Assembly (NCBI GenBank): GCA_040002475.1
Contig: JBDUEJ010000027.1
Coordinates: 12,086-76,085, forward strand
DNA from: a bacterium
Lineage (GTDB): Bacteria; Gemmatimonadota; Gemmatimonadetes; Gemmatimonadales; Gemmatimonadaceae
Length of the DNA: 64,000 nucleotides
Direction of reading: 5' to 3'
The position numbers and the translations under genes were made by a program. The notes under the pieces were generated by a model that saw only the letters and a list, made by a program, of their open reading frames with translations, did not search any database and had not been told where the DNA came from. Shown piece after piece: positions 29,205 through 36,779 of this stretch; position 1 is the first letter of the stretch, and each line of letters opens with the position of its first letter.

Positions 29205-30227
29205 ATGGTTCTCACCCCATCCCCAGCCGCCATCGCGGCGCTCCAAGCCGACATCAAGCGCTTGGCCCGCAAGCGCAACGCCGTCATTCTCGCGCACAAC
29301 TACGAGCGCGCCGAAGTACAGGACGTCGCCGACTTCGTTGGCGACTCGCTTGGGCTCTCGCGCGAGGCCGCAAAGACCGACGCCGACGTCATCGTCTTCT
29401 GCGGCGTGCATTTCATGGCCGAGACGGCTGCGATTCTCTCGCCCAAGAAAACGGTGCTGCTGCCCGACCTCGCGGCGGGCTGCTCGCTGGCCTCGACCAT
29501 CGACGCCGACGGATTGCGCGCGTGGAAGGCCGAGTTCCCCTCCGCGGTCGTCGTGTCGTACGTCAACACGACCGCGGAGGTGAAAGCGGAGAGCGACTAT
29601 TGCTGCACGTCGGGCAACGCTGTCGAGATCGTGAACTCCATCCCCGGGGATCAGGAGATTCTCTTCCTTCCCGACATGTTCCTCGGCGCACACGTGCGGC
29701 GGCTGACCGGGCGACGGAACATGCACGTGTGGATGGGCGAGTGTCACGTGCACGCGGGCATCGATCCGGAGCACATTCGCCTTCAGCGAAGTCTGCATCC
29801 CAACGCAGAGTTTCTCGTGCATCCCGAGTGCGGCTGTACCACGAGCGTGCTCGAGGCGATATCCGCGGGCGACGTCGACGCCGACGGGGCTCAGATCCTT
29901 TCGACGGAGGGAATGATCAAGCGGCCTGCGCAGTCGGACGCGGACGAGTTCATTGTCGCCACGGAAGTGGGCATTCTGCATCGCCTGCGTCGTGAAAACC
30001 CTAATAAGCGTTTCTTCGCGGCCAACGAGCGAGCGTCGTGCGCCTACATGAAAGTGACGACACTGCCAAAGGTCCTCGCCGCGCTCGAGCACAATCAGTA
30101 TCGCATCACCGTGCCCGTTGCGATTGCCGAGCGGGCCCGCCTGGCGATCGAGCGCATGGTCGCGATCGGTGGCGGCGCCACGCAGCCCTTGCCCCCGGCG
30201 TCAAAAGGCGTAGATCCAGGGGAGTAA
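29205..30227 (+). CDS. nadA: quinolinate synthase
   Basis: The ORF is 340 aa. Motifs are VILAHNYE, CGVHFMAETA and the conserved Cys pattern. Confidence 0.9.
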   Translation: MVLTPSPAAIAALQADIKRLARKRNAVILAHNYERAEVQDVADFVGDSLGLSREAAKTDADVIVFCGVHFMAETAAILSPKKTVLLPDLAAGCSLASTIDADGLRAWKAEFPSAVVVSYVNTTAEVKAESDYCCTSGNAVEIVNSIPGDQEILFLPDMFLGAHVRRLTGRRNMHVWMGECHVHAGIDPEHIRLQRSLHPNAEFLVHPECGCTTSVLEAISAGDVDADGAQILSTEGMIKRPAQSDADEFIVATEVGILHRLRRENPNKRFFAANERASCAYMKVTTLPKVLAALEHNQYRITVPVAIAERARLAIERMVAIGGGATQPLPPASKGVDPGE

Positions 30228-30242
30228 CGGAGGCATGCCACA

Positions 30243-31178
30243 ATGGAAACGCCTGAGACTCCTCGTGAGCACCAGTCGGTCCCGCGCACCATCACGCCGT
30301 TGACCATCGCGGCCATGAGCGGTGCTGGGATGTTGCGGTTCCCGTTGAAGCAGGAAGCGCTCGACGTCATGGTGCGATCCGCGCTGCATGAGGACGGCGC
30401 GTTCAACGACATAACGACGATCGCGACCGTCGTGTCCGACCGCCGGTCGCGGGCCACGCTCGTCGCGCGCGCCAAGGGCGTGGTGTGCGGCGTGCCGCTC
30501 GCGCTGGATGCGTTCCGTCTTCTCGATCCGAAAGTGTCAATTCGCGTTGAGCACGAAGACGGCGTGAGCGTCACCCCAGGCGAACCGGTGTTGTTCGTGA
30601 CCGGCCATGCGCGCGGACTGCTTTCGGCCGAGCGGGTCGCGCTGAATTACATGCAGCGACTGTCGGGCATCGCCACGCTCACCGCGCGCTACGTGGAAGC
30701 GGTGAAGGGCACCGACGCCAAAATTCTCGACACGAGAAAGACCACGCCCGGCTGGCGAGTGCTGGAGAAATACGCCGTGCGCGCCGGCGGCGGCACCAAT
30801 CATCGGATGGATCTGTCGACCGGAGTGCTCATCAAGGACAACCATCTCGCGGCGCTGGACGGCGACGTGGCCAAGGCAGTGACGCGCGCCCGCGAGCTTG
30901 CACCCGCCGGCGTGAAAGTCGAAGTCGAGTGTGATCATGTCGAGCAGGTCGTGCGCGCGATCGACGCGGGCGCGGACATCGTGCTTCTCGACAACATGTC
31001 GCCCGCGGAGCTGACGCAGTGCGTTGCGATCGGAAAGGGGAAGGCGGTTCTCGAGGCGTCGGGCGGCGTCACGCTGACCACGATTCGCGCGATCGCCGAG
31101 ACAGGCGTGGACTGGATCTCGGTGGGAGCGCTCACGCACTCGGCGCCGGCGATGGATCTTGCCCTGGATTTCGAGTAA
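30243..31178 (+). CDS. nadC: nicotinate-nucleotide pyrophosphorylase (carboxylating)
   Basis: The fold is QPRTase-like (ALHEDGAFNDITT, LDTRKTTPGWR, KDNH, LLDNM). An alternative start lies at 30315. Confidence 0.85.
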   Translation: METPETPREHQSVPRTITPLTIAAMSGAGMLRFPLKQEALDVMVRSALHEDGAFNDITTIATVVSDRRSRATLVARAKGVVCGVPLALDAFRLLDPKVSIRVEHEDGVSVTPGEPVLFVTGHARGLLSAERVALNYMQRLSGIATLTARYVEAVKGTDAKILDTRKTTPGWRVLEKYAVRAGGGTNHRMDLSTGVLIKDNHLAALDGDVAKAVTRARELAPAGVKVEVECDHVEQVVRAIDAGADIVLLDNMSPAELTQCVAIGKGKAVLEASGGVTLTTIRAIAETGVDWISVGALTHSAPAMDLALDFE

Positions 31179-31191
31179 CGGCGCAAAAAAA

Positions 31192-31290
31192 CACTGCCGT
31201 ACATTCCGTACGTTAGTACAACTCGGTACCAGGACTGGCATACTCGCCATCCCAACTCGGTCCTCGTTTGGAGAGTTGGTACCGGCCCGG
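31192..31290. repeat. GTAC-rich intergenic repeat, copy R1
   Basis: It starts with CACTGCCGTAC 13 nt after the nadC stop. It contains an 18-nt block, GTACCAGGACTGGCATAC (31226-31243), identical to 51036-51053. Flanking similarity to the 51-kb copy extends over roughly 75 nt. Confidence 0.6.
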
Positions 31291-31295
31291 CGCCG

Positions 31296-31498
31296 CTGTC
31301 GCGCCTCGCTCATCGCCAACTCCAACACTTTCTTGCCGCGCGACGAGTACGGGAGATCGTGGCCGCGAAAGATTGTTGGCCCGCCGGACTTCACTCGAAG
31401 GAGTCCGAGGAGCACATGCTCGGTTCCACGTTCTCGTGCTGCAGCACTTCCGCTTCGTCGCGCGCGTGCGCGAGGCTCACTCGCCCCGACTCGGTCAA
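31296..31498 (-). pseudogene. frameshifted, 3'-truncated Clp_N-domain gene remnant
   Basis: One minus frame reads LTESGRVSLAHARDEAEVLQHENVEP. The adjacent frame reads GTEHVLLGLLRVKSGGPTIFRGHDLPYSSRGKKVLELAMSEARQ. Restoring one G in the run at plus-strand 31425-31428 joins them into HENVGTEHVLLGLLR. That matches the ClpC/ClpB N-domain repeat pattern (FTE..., [27 protein letters not shown]). No intact second repeat or stop codon follows. Confidence 0.45.
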
Positions 31499-31511
31499 TT
31501 GTATCCGTTCA

Positions 31512-31715
31512 TCAGAGGTCGGCGCAGCTCCTGTTGATCTGCCGGCAGTTCGTGCAAACCAGCTTGCACTTGCGCCACTCGAGTTGCGGCGACCCGCAGT
31601 AGTCGCAGGATTCCGGCGATGGGCTGGCGGACGTGTGCGCTTCGGCGGACGGCTCGGCCTGCAGCACAATGCCCGGGCGGATGAACGGCGTGACGTGACA
31701 GGGCGGCATGCTCAA
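31512..31715 (-). CDS. small Cys4 zinc-ribbon protein
   Basis: The ORF is 67 aa. Its minus-strand GC3 is close to 90 percent, so this strand is the coding one rather than the overlapping plus ORF. The C-terminal sequence is CDYCGSPQLEWRKCKLVCTNCRQINRSC. Confidence 0.6.
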   Translation of the reverse strand: MSMPPCHVTPFIRPGIVLQAEPSAEAHTSASPSPESCDYCGSPQLEWRKCKLVCTNCRQINRSCADL

Positions 31716-31803
31716 TGAATGCCGACTACCGCGAGAAAAACAAGATCGTTTGACGTCGTGAATCGCGGGGACTAGTCTCCTGTCCTCTCCTCATCGGACC
31801 GAC

Positions 31804-33321
31804 ATGAGTCACGGACACCATTCGCGCTCTTCGGGCAACGGGCACGCCAGCGCCCAGCCCCACGGCAACGGTCATTTCGATTTGCACGCCGCGGCGCAAC
31901 GCGTTCTTCTCGCGGCCGGCTTTGTGCTCGACTACGACGCCGCCGCGAGCCGGCAGCTCGAACAGATTTCAGGGCCGGCGGCGAGCGCGCCCGGCGTGCG
32001 CGATCTGCGCGACCGCCTGTGGTCGTCGATCGACAACACCGAGTCGCGCGACCTCGATCAGGTCGAGATGGCCGAAGCGCTGCCCGACGGGGCGATTCGT
32101 CTGACGGTCGCCATCGCCGACGTCGACGCCCTCGTGCCAAAAGGCTCGCCCATCGATCTCCGCGCACGCGCGAATGCGACGTCGGTCTACACGGGCGTCG
32201 ATGTGTTTCCCATGTTGCCGGAGAAGCTTTCCACCGGCTACACGTCGCTCAACGAAGGCGAGGACCGCGTCGCCATCGCGATCGAGACCGTGGTGAACAA
32301 GGACGGCGAGGTGGTGGCGAACGACGTGTATCGCGCGCTCGTGCACAATCACGCCAAGCTGGCGTACGACGATGTCGGTGCGTGGCTCGACGGCGGGCCG
32401 CCGCCCGCCAAGATCGCCGCAAACGCCGAGCTCAAAGCGCAGCTCGAGCTTCAGCGCGAAGCGTCGCGCCGGCTGAAAGCGGAGCGGGTGAAGAACGGCG
32501 CGCTCGACTTTGACACGATCGAGGCAACCCCGATCTCCAAGGACGGCCGGATCGTCGATCTCAAAATCGTTCAAAAGAATCATGCACGCGATCTGATTGA
32601 GGATTTCATGATCGCCAGCAACGTGGCGATCGCTAGATTCCTCGAGGCGCGCGGCCGCTCGGGCATTCGCCGCGTTGTGCGCGAACCGGAGCGTTGGAAT
32701 CGCATCGTCGAGCTGGCCGGCCGCTACGGAACCGCGCTGCCACCCGAGCCAGACTCATTGGCCCTCGCGCATTTTCTTCGCGACCGCCGCGCCGCGGACC
32801 CCGATCGTTTCCCCGACCTTTCCGTTTCGATCGTGAAGCTGATGGGGCCAGGCATCTACGCGCTCGATCTCCCCGGCAAGGATCCCGGCGGACACTTCGG
32901 CCTCGCGACGCACGACTACTCGCACGCCACCGCACCCAACCGACGCTACGCCGACCTCGTCACGCAGCGACTCGTGAAGGCAACACTGGCCAACGCGCCC
33001 GCGCCGTACACGGACGACGAGCTCGCCGACGTCGCCAAGCAGTGCACCGAACGAGAGGACGCGGAGAACAAAGTCGAACGCACGATTCGAAAGACCGTAG
33101 CCGCGCTCATGCTCAGCGATCGTATCGGCGAGTCGTTCGACGCGATCGTCACCGGCGCGAACGAGCACGGAACGTTCGTTCGGACCGTGCATCCGCCCGC
33201 CGAGGGCATGGTCGTGCGCAACCACGAGGGCTTCGACGTTGGCGACAAGGTCCGCGTGAAGCTGGTCGGCGCCGATCCGCAGCGCAGCTTCATCGACTTC
33301 GAGGGCCAGGGATCGCGGTAG
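31804..33321 (+). CDS. RNB-domain exoribonuclease (RNase II/R family), short form with C-terminal S1-like domain
   Basis: RNB motifs are SIDNTESRDLDQ, SVYTGVDVFPMLPEKLS and HFGLATHDYSHATAPNRRYADLVTQR. The C-terminus is beta-rich (GMVVRNHEGFDVGDKVRVKLV). The N-terminus is His/Gly-rich. Confidence 0.8.
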   Translation: MSHGHHSRSSGNGHASAQPHGNGHFDLHAAAQRVLLAAGFVLDYDAAASRQLEQISGPAASAPGVRDLRDRLWSSIDNTESRDLDQVEMAEALPDGAIRLTVAIADVDALVPKGSPIDLRARANATSVYTGVDVFPMLPEKLSTGYTSLNEGEDRVAIAIETVVNKDGEVVANDVYRALVHNHAKLAYDDVGAWLDGGPPPAKIAANAELKAQLELQREASRRLKAERVKNGALDFDTIEATPISKDGRIVDLKIVQKNHARDLIEDFMIASNVAIARFLEARGRSGIRRVVREPERWNRIVELAGRYGTALPPEPDSLALAHFLRDRRAADPDRFPDLSVSIVKLMGPGIYALDLPGKDPGGHFGLATHDYSHATAPNRRYADLVTQRLVKATLANAPAPYTDDELADVAKQCTEREDAENKVERTIRKTVAALMLSDRIGESFDAIVTGANEHGTFVRTVHPPAEGMVVRNHEGFDVGDKVRVKLVGADPQRSFIDFEGQGSR

Positions 33322-33338
33322 CTTCGCCATCGTTAGCC

Positions 33339-33584
33339 CGTCGGTGGGACGATTTCGTGTGGTCGACCGCTGAATCCGCGGACTAAGCGGAACAGGACGG
33401 AATGCATCATTCCCCAACGAGCCCGGATTTTTTCTTGTTGACGGCCGCTCGGGATGCCAGTACGTGCGTCCCGAGCGGCTGTCTTAAAAAAAGAATCCCG
33501 GCTCGTTGCGCAAAGATGAATTCCGTGCTTGTCCGCCAATTCCGCGGATTCAGTGGTCAATGACACGGAGTCGTCCCGCCGACG
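33339..33584. repeat. 246-bp nested palindromic element (MITE/ERIC-like), copy B1
   Basis: The 116-nt arms (33339-33454 and 33469-33584) pair at 92 of 116 positions without gaps by hand count. The innermost stem is perfect: GCCGCTCGGGA/TCCCGAGCGGC. The loop is 14 nt. Confidence 0.85.
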
Positions 33585-33612
33585 CAGGCCAGTCACGGCG
33601 CACGCCCCGTAC

Positions 33613-35208
33613 TCACCCGATCGGCTCCCTCCACTCCACGCCATCCTTCTCGATCAACTCAGCCGCCTCGCGCGGCCCCCAACTGCCGGCCGCATACGTC
33701 GGCATGCGCTTGGGCTTCGTGCTCTCCCAATAGCTGATCAACGGATCCACCACGCGCCACGCAGCCTCCACTTCATCACTGCGCGTGAACAACGTCGCCT
33801 CGCCGATCATCACGTCGAGCAACAACGTCTCGTACGCCGGCGCCGCCACCTCGCCAAACGCCTCGGCGTAATTGAAGTCCATGTCCACCGGCGCGATCTC
33901 CACGTTCGACGTCAGCGCCACCGCGGCGCCGGGAACCTTCACCTCGAAGTTGAGCGACACGCCCTCGTTCGGTTGCACGCGCATCACCAACGTGTTCGGC
34001 CGCAAATCCTGACTCGTGTGACCGAACATGAGGTGCGGCGGCGAGCGGAACGTCACTGCGATCTCCGACACGCGATTGGCGAGACGCTTGCCCGACCGCA
34101 GGTAGAACGGCACGCCATTCCAGCGCCAGTTGTCCACGAAGAGGCGCACCGCGGCAAACGTCGGCACATGCGAGTCGCGCGACACATCGGGTTCGTCCAG
34201 ATAGCCGCGCACCGCCTTGCCACTCATCGATCCGGCGGTGTACTGCGCGCGCACCGTGTTCTGCGGAATCGTCTCGGGCGACAGCCACCGAATCGACCTG
34301 AGCACCTTCACCTTTTCGTCGCGCACGGCGTTGGCCGACATCTGCGGCGGCGGCTCCATGGCCGTGAGCGACAATAGCTGCAACAGATGGTTCTGGAACA
34401 TGTCGCGGACGACGCCCGCCTCCTCGTAATACTTGCCGCGCTCTTCCACACCCACGTTTTCCGCCGCCGTGATCTGCACGTGGTGAATCCACTGCCGATT
34501 CCAGATCGGCTCGAAGATCGAGTTCGCGAAACGCAGCACGAGCACGTTCTGGACGGTCTCTTTCCCCAAATAGTGATCGATGCGATATGTCTGATGCTCG
34601 GCGAACAGTCCGAGCACCAAATCGTTCAACTGGCGGGCGCTCTCCAGACTGCGGCCGAACGGCTTTTCGATCACGATCCGCATCCACGGACGCTCGTCGG
34701 CGGTCCGCGAGCGCGGCGCCAGCCCGCTCTGCGACAAGTTGCGCACGATCGGCTCGAACACACTCGGCGGCACCGCGAGGTAGTACAAGCGGTTGCACTC
34801 CTCCGGCTTTCGATCCTTCTCGATCTCCGCCAGCCGCTTGCCCACCGCGGCATACCCATCGGCCGCCGTCAGATTCGCCGAGACGAAGTGCAATCGCCGG
34901 CAGAGATCGGCCCACAACTCATCGTCGATTCCACGAACTTCATCGGAATCGGCGAGCGCCTTGCGCATGTTCTCGCGAAAGACATCGTCGGTCATCGTCT
35001 CGTCGCGGCCCACGCCCAGCACCGCGAAGCGCTCGTCGACCAGATGCTCCTTCATCAACTGATAGATCGCCGGCAGCAGCTTGCGGCGAGCCAGGTCGCC
35101 GAGCGCGCCGAAGATCACCATGGTGCACGGATCGGCGCGCCCGGGAATTTGATGTTGACCCGTCTGCCCCGACGGGCGTGCCGAGACAACCGCTCCAGCG
35201 CCGCTCAT
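33613..35208 (-). CDS. zwf: glucose-6-phosphate 1-dehydrogenase
   Basis: I use the internal ATG at 35208, which overlaps the gnd stop (ATGA). Motifs are IFGALGDLARRKLLPAIY, EKPFG and RIDHYLGKE. Confidence 0.9.
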   Translation of the reverse strand: MSGAGAVVSARPSGQTGQHQIPGRADPCTMVIFGALGDLARRKLLPAIYQLMKEHLVDERFAVLGVGRDETMTDDVFRENMRKALADSDEVRGIDDELWADLCRRLHFVSANLTAADGYAAVGKRLAEIEKDRKPEECNRLYYLAVPPSVFEPIVRNLSQSGLAPRSRTADERPWMRIVIEKPFGRSLESARQLNDLVLGLFAEHQTYRIDHYLGKETVQNVLVLRFANSIFEPIWNRQWIHHVQITAAENVGVEERGKYYEEAGVVRDMFQNHLLQLLSLTAMEPPPQMSANAVRDEKVKVLRSIRWLSPETIPQNTVRAQYTAGSMSGKAVRGYLDEPDVSRDSHVPTFAAVRLFVDNWRWNGVPFYLRSGKRLANRVSEIAVTFRSPPHLMFGHTSQDLRPNTLVMRVQPNEGVSLNFEVKVPGAAVALTSNVEIAPVDMDFNYAEAFGEVAAPAYETLLLDVMIGEATLFTRSDEVEAAWRVVDPLISYWESTKPKRMPTYAAGSWGPREAAELIEKDGVEWREPIG

Positions 35209-36107
35209 GACTTCTTCACCGCGTGACCGCCGAACTCGTTGCGCAGCGCCGCGATCACCTTCGCGCCAAACGAGTCGGTCTGCCTCGACCGGAATCGCGC
35301 CAATAACGAATGGGTGATGATCGGCGCCGGCACGTCGAGGTCGATCGCCTCCTGCACCGTCCAGCGTCCCTCGCCGGAATCGGCGACCCACCCCTTGATG
35401 TCGGCGAGCGACGCGTCCTTCTGGAACGCACTCGCCGCGAGCTCGTTGAGCCACGACCGCACGACGCTGCCGTGCTGCCACACCTCGGAGATCTGCCCGA
35501 GATCGAGCTTCGGAAAGATCTTGGACGCATGCAAGATCTCATATCCCTCGGCATAGCCTTGCAGGAGCGCGTACTCGATGCCGTTGTGAACCATCTTGAC
35601 ATAGTGGCCGGAGCCCGTGGGGCCCACGTGGGCGTAGCCATTCTCCGGCGCCAACGCCGTGAAGATCGGCTCGCAATGCTTCACCGCCGTGTCGCTGCCG
35701 CCCACCATGAGACAGTAGCCGTTCTCCAGGCCCCAGATGCCGCCGCTGGTTCCCGAATCGACGAGCTCCATCTTGGACGCCGCGAGCTGTTCGCCCCGCC
35801 GAATGGTGTCGTGAAAGTTCGAGTTGCCGCCGTCGATGATGATGTCGCCCGGCGACATCATCGGCGTGAGCTCCGCGATGGTCTCGTCGACCGGGTCGCC
35901 CGCCGGCACCATGATCCAGATGACTCGTGGCTTTTCCAGCGACTGCACCACCTTGGCGAGATCGGCAGCGCTCGTCGCGCCCAATTTTTCGTATTTCGCC
36001 ACGGCCTCGGCGCTGCGGTCGAAGACGACCAACGTGTGTCCGTTGCGCATCAGTCGCTCGACCATGTTGCCGCCCATGCGGCCGAGCCCGATCATCGCTA
36101 GCTGCAT
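35205..36107 (-). CDS. gnd: 6-phosphogluconate dehydrogenase, short (about 300 aa) decarboxylating type
   Basis: The N-terminus MQLAMIGLGRMGGNMVERL gives a Rossmann fold, followed by a Gnd-like C-terminal domain. Confidence 0.9.
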   Translation of the reverse strand: MQLAMIGLGRMGGNMVERLMRNGHTLVVFDRSAEAVAKYEKLGATSAADLAKVVQSLEKPRVIWIMVPAGDPVDETIAELTPMMSPGDIIIDGGNSNFHDTIRRGEQLAASKMELVDSGTSGGIWGLENGYCLMVGGSDTAVKHCEPIFTALAPENGYAHVGPTGSGHYVKMVHNGIEYALLQGYAEGYEILHASKIFPKLDLGQISEVWQHGSVVRSWLNELAASAFQKDASLADIKGWVADSGEGRWTVQEAIDLDVPAPIITHSLLARFRSRQTDSFGAKVIAALRNEFGGHAVKKS

Positions 36108-36167
36108 TTCAGTTCCCCGTGCAGGTGAAAGTGTTGCGAATTCTCATATGATGAACGGCCTGTGACA

Positions 36168-36779
36168 TCACGCGAGCACGCCGTGCAACCGGAGGTCAGC
36201 CCGCAACTGCTCCGCGCTCCGAAACTGCACCGTTCGCATGCCCAAGGCCGCGGCCGGATTGAGATTCTGAGCGCGATCGTCCACGAACAACGTCGTTTCC
36301 GGATCGGCCTGCGTCATCCCGAGCACGCGTGTGTAAATCTCGTGGGTCGGCTTGCGTACGCCGAGCCAACAGGACGTAAAGAAAGTCGGAAAAATTTCGT
36401 TCAGGCCGAACGCATTGATGCGGTGCCTGTTCAGTTCGGCGCTCTCGTTGTTCAACGTCGCCATGCGCACCGCCTGCCGCGAGACGTCGCGAGCGACGGC
36501 GATACTGTCGAGCCAGGGCACGCTCTGGGCGAGCATGAACGTCTTGAACTCGTCCGGCGTGAAGCTTCGCGGAGAGCAGAAGACGGTGACGTCCAGGTAC
36601 TCCTCGAGCGAGATCTGGCCGGCCTCCCACACGCCCACCGTTTCTTCATGCCGGTATTGAAAGTCCTCGGCGTCGAGCCCAAAGCGTTCGACGGCGGCAA
36701 GTCGCTGCTCGCGATCCCAGCCGTTGCTCCCCAGGACCCCGCCAATGTCGAATAGCACCAGCCGAATAGCCGACGTCAT
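36168..36779 (-). CDS. HAD-superfamily hydrolase (DxG variant, YihX-like sugar-phosphatase type)
   Basis: Motif I is LVLFDIGGVLG. Later motifs are SCWLGVRKP and LFVDDRAQN. Confidence 0.75.
   Translation of the reverse strand: MTSAIRLVLFDIGGVLGSNGWDREQRLAAVERFGLDAEDFQYRHEETVGVWEAGQISLEEYLDVTVFCSPRSFTPDEFKTFMLAQSVPWLDSIAVARDVSRQAVRMATLNNESAELNRHRINAFGLNEIFPTFFTSCWLGVRKPTHEIYTRVLGMTQADPETTLFVDDRAQNLNPAAALGMRTVQFRSAEQLRADLRLHGVLA

Noticed and set aside
31359-31718. A 119-aa plus-strand ORF preceded by a GAAGGAG-like sequence.
   Set aside because: It is antisense to the zinc-ribbon ORF, which has much higher GC3 (close to 90 percent) and a clear CxxC...CxxC motif. The plus-frame product is low-complexity and Arg/Ala-rich.
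33428-33492. The central hairpins of the palindromic repeats (also 43013-43060), read as bidirectional rho-independent terminators.
   Set aside because: On both strands the T-run precedes the stem and the A-run follows it, the opposite of a terminator. The tracts pair with each other and simply extend the hairpin.
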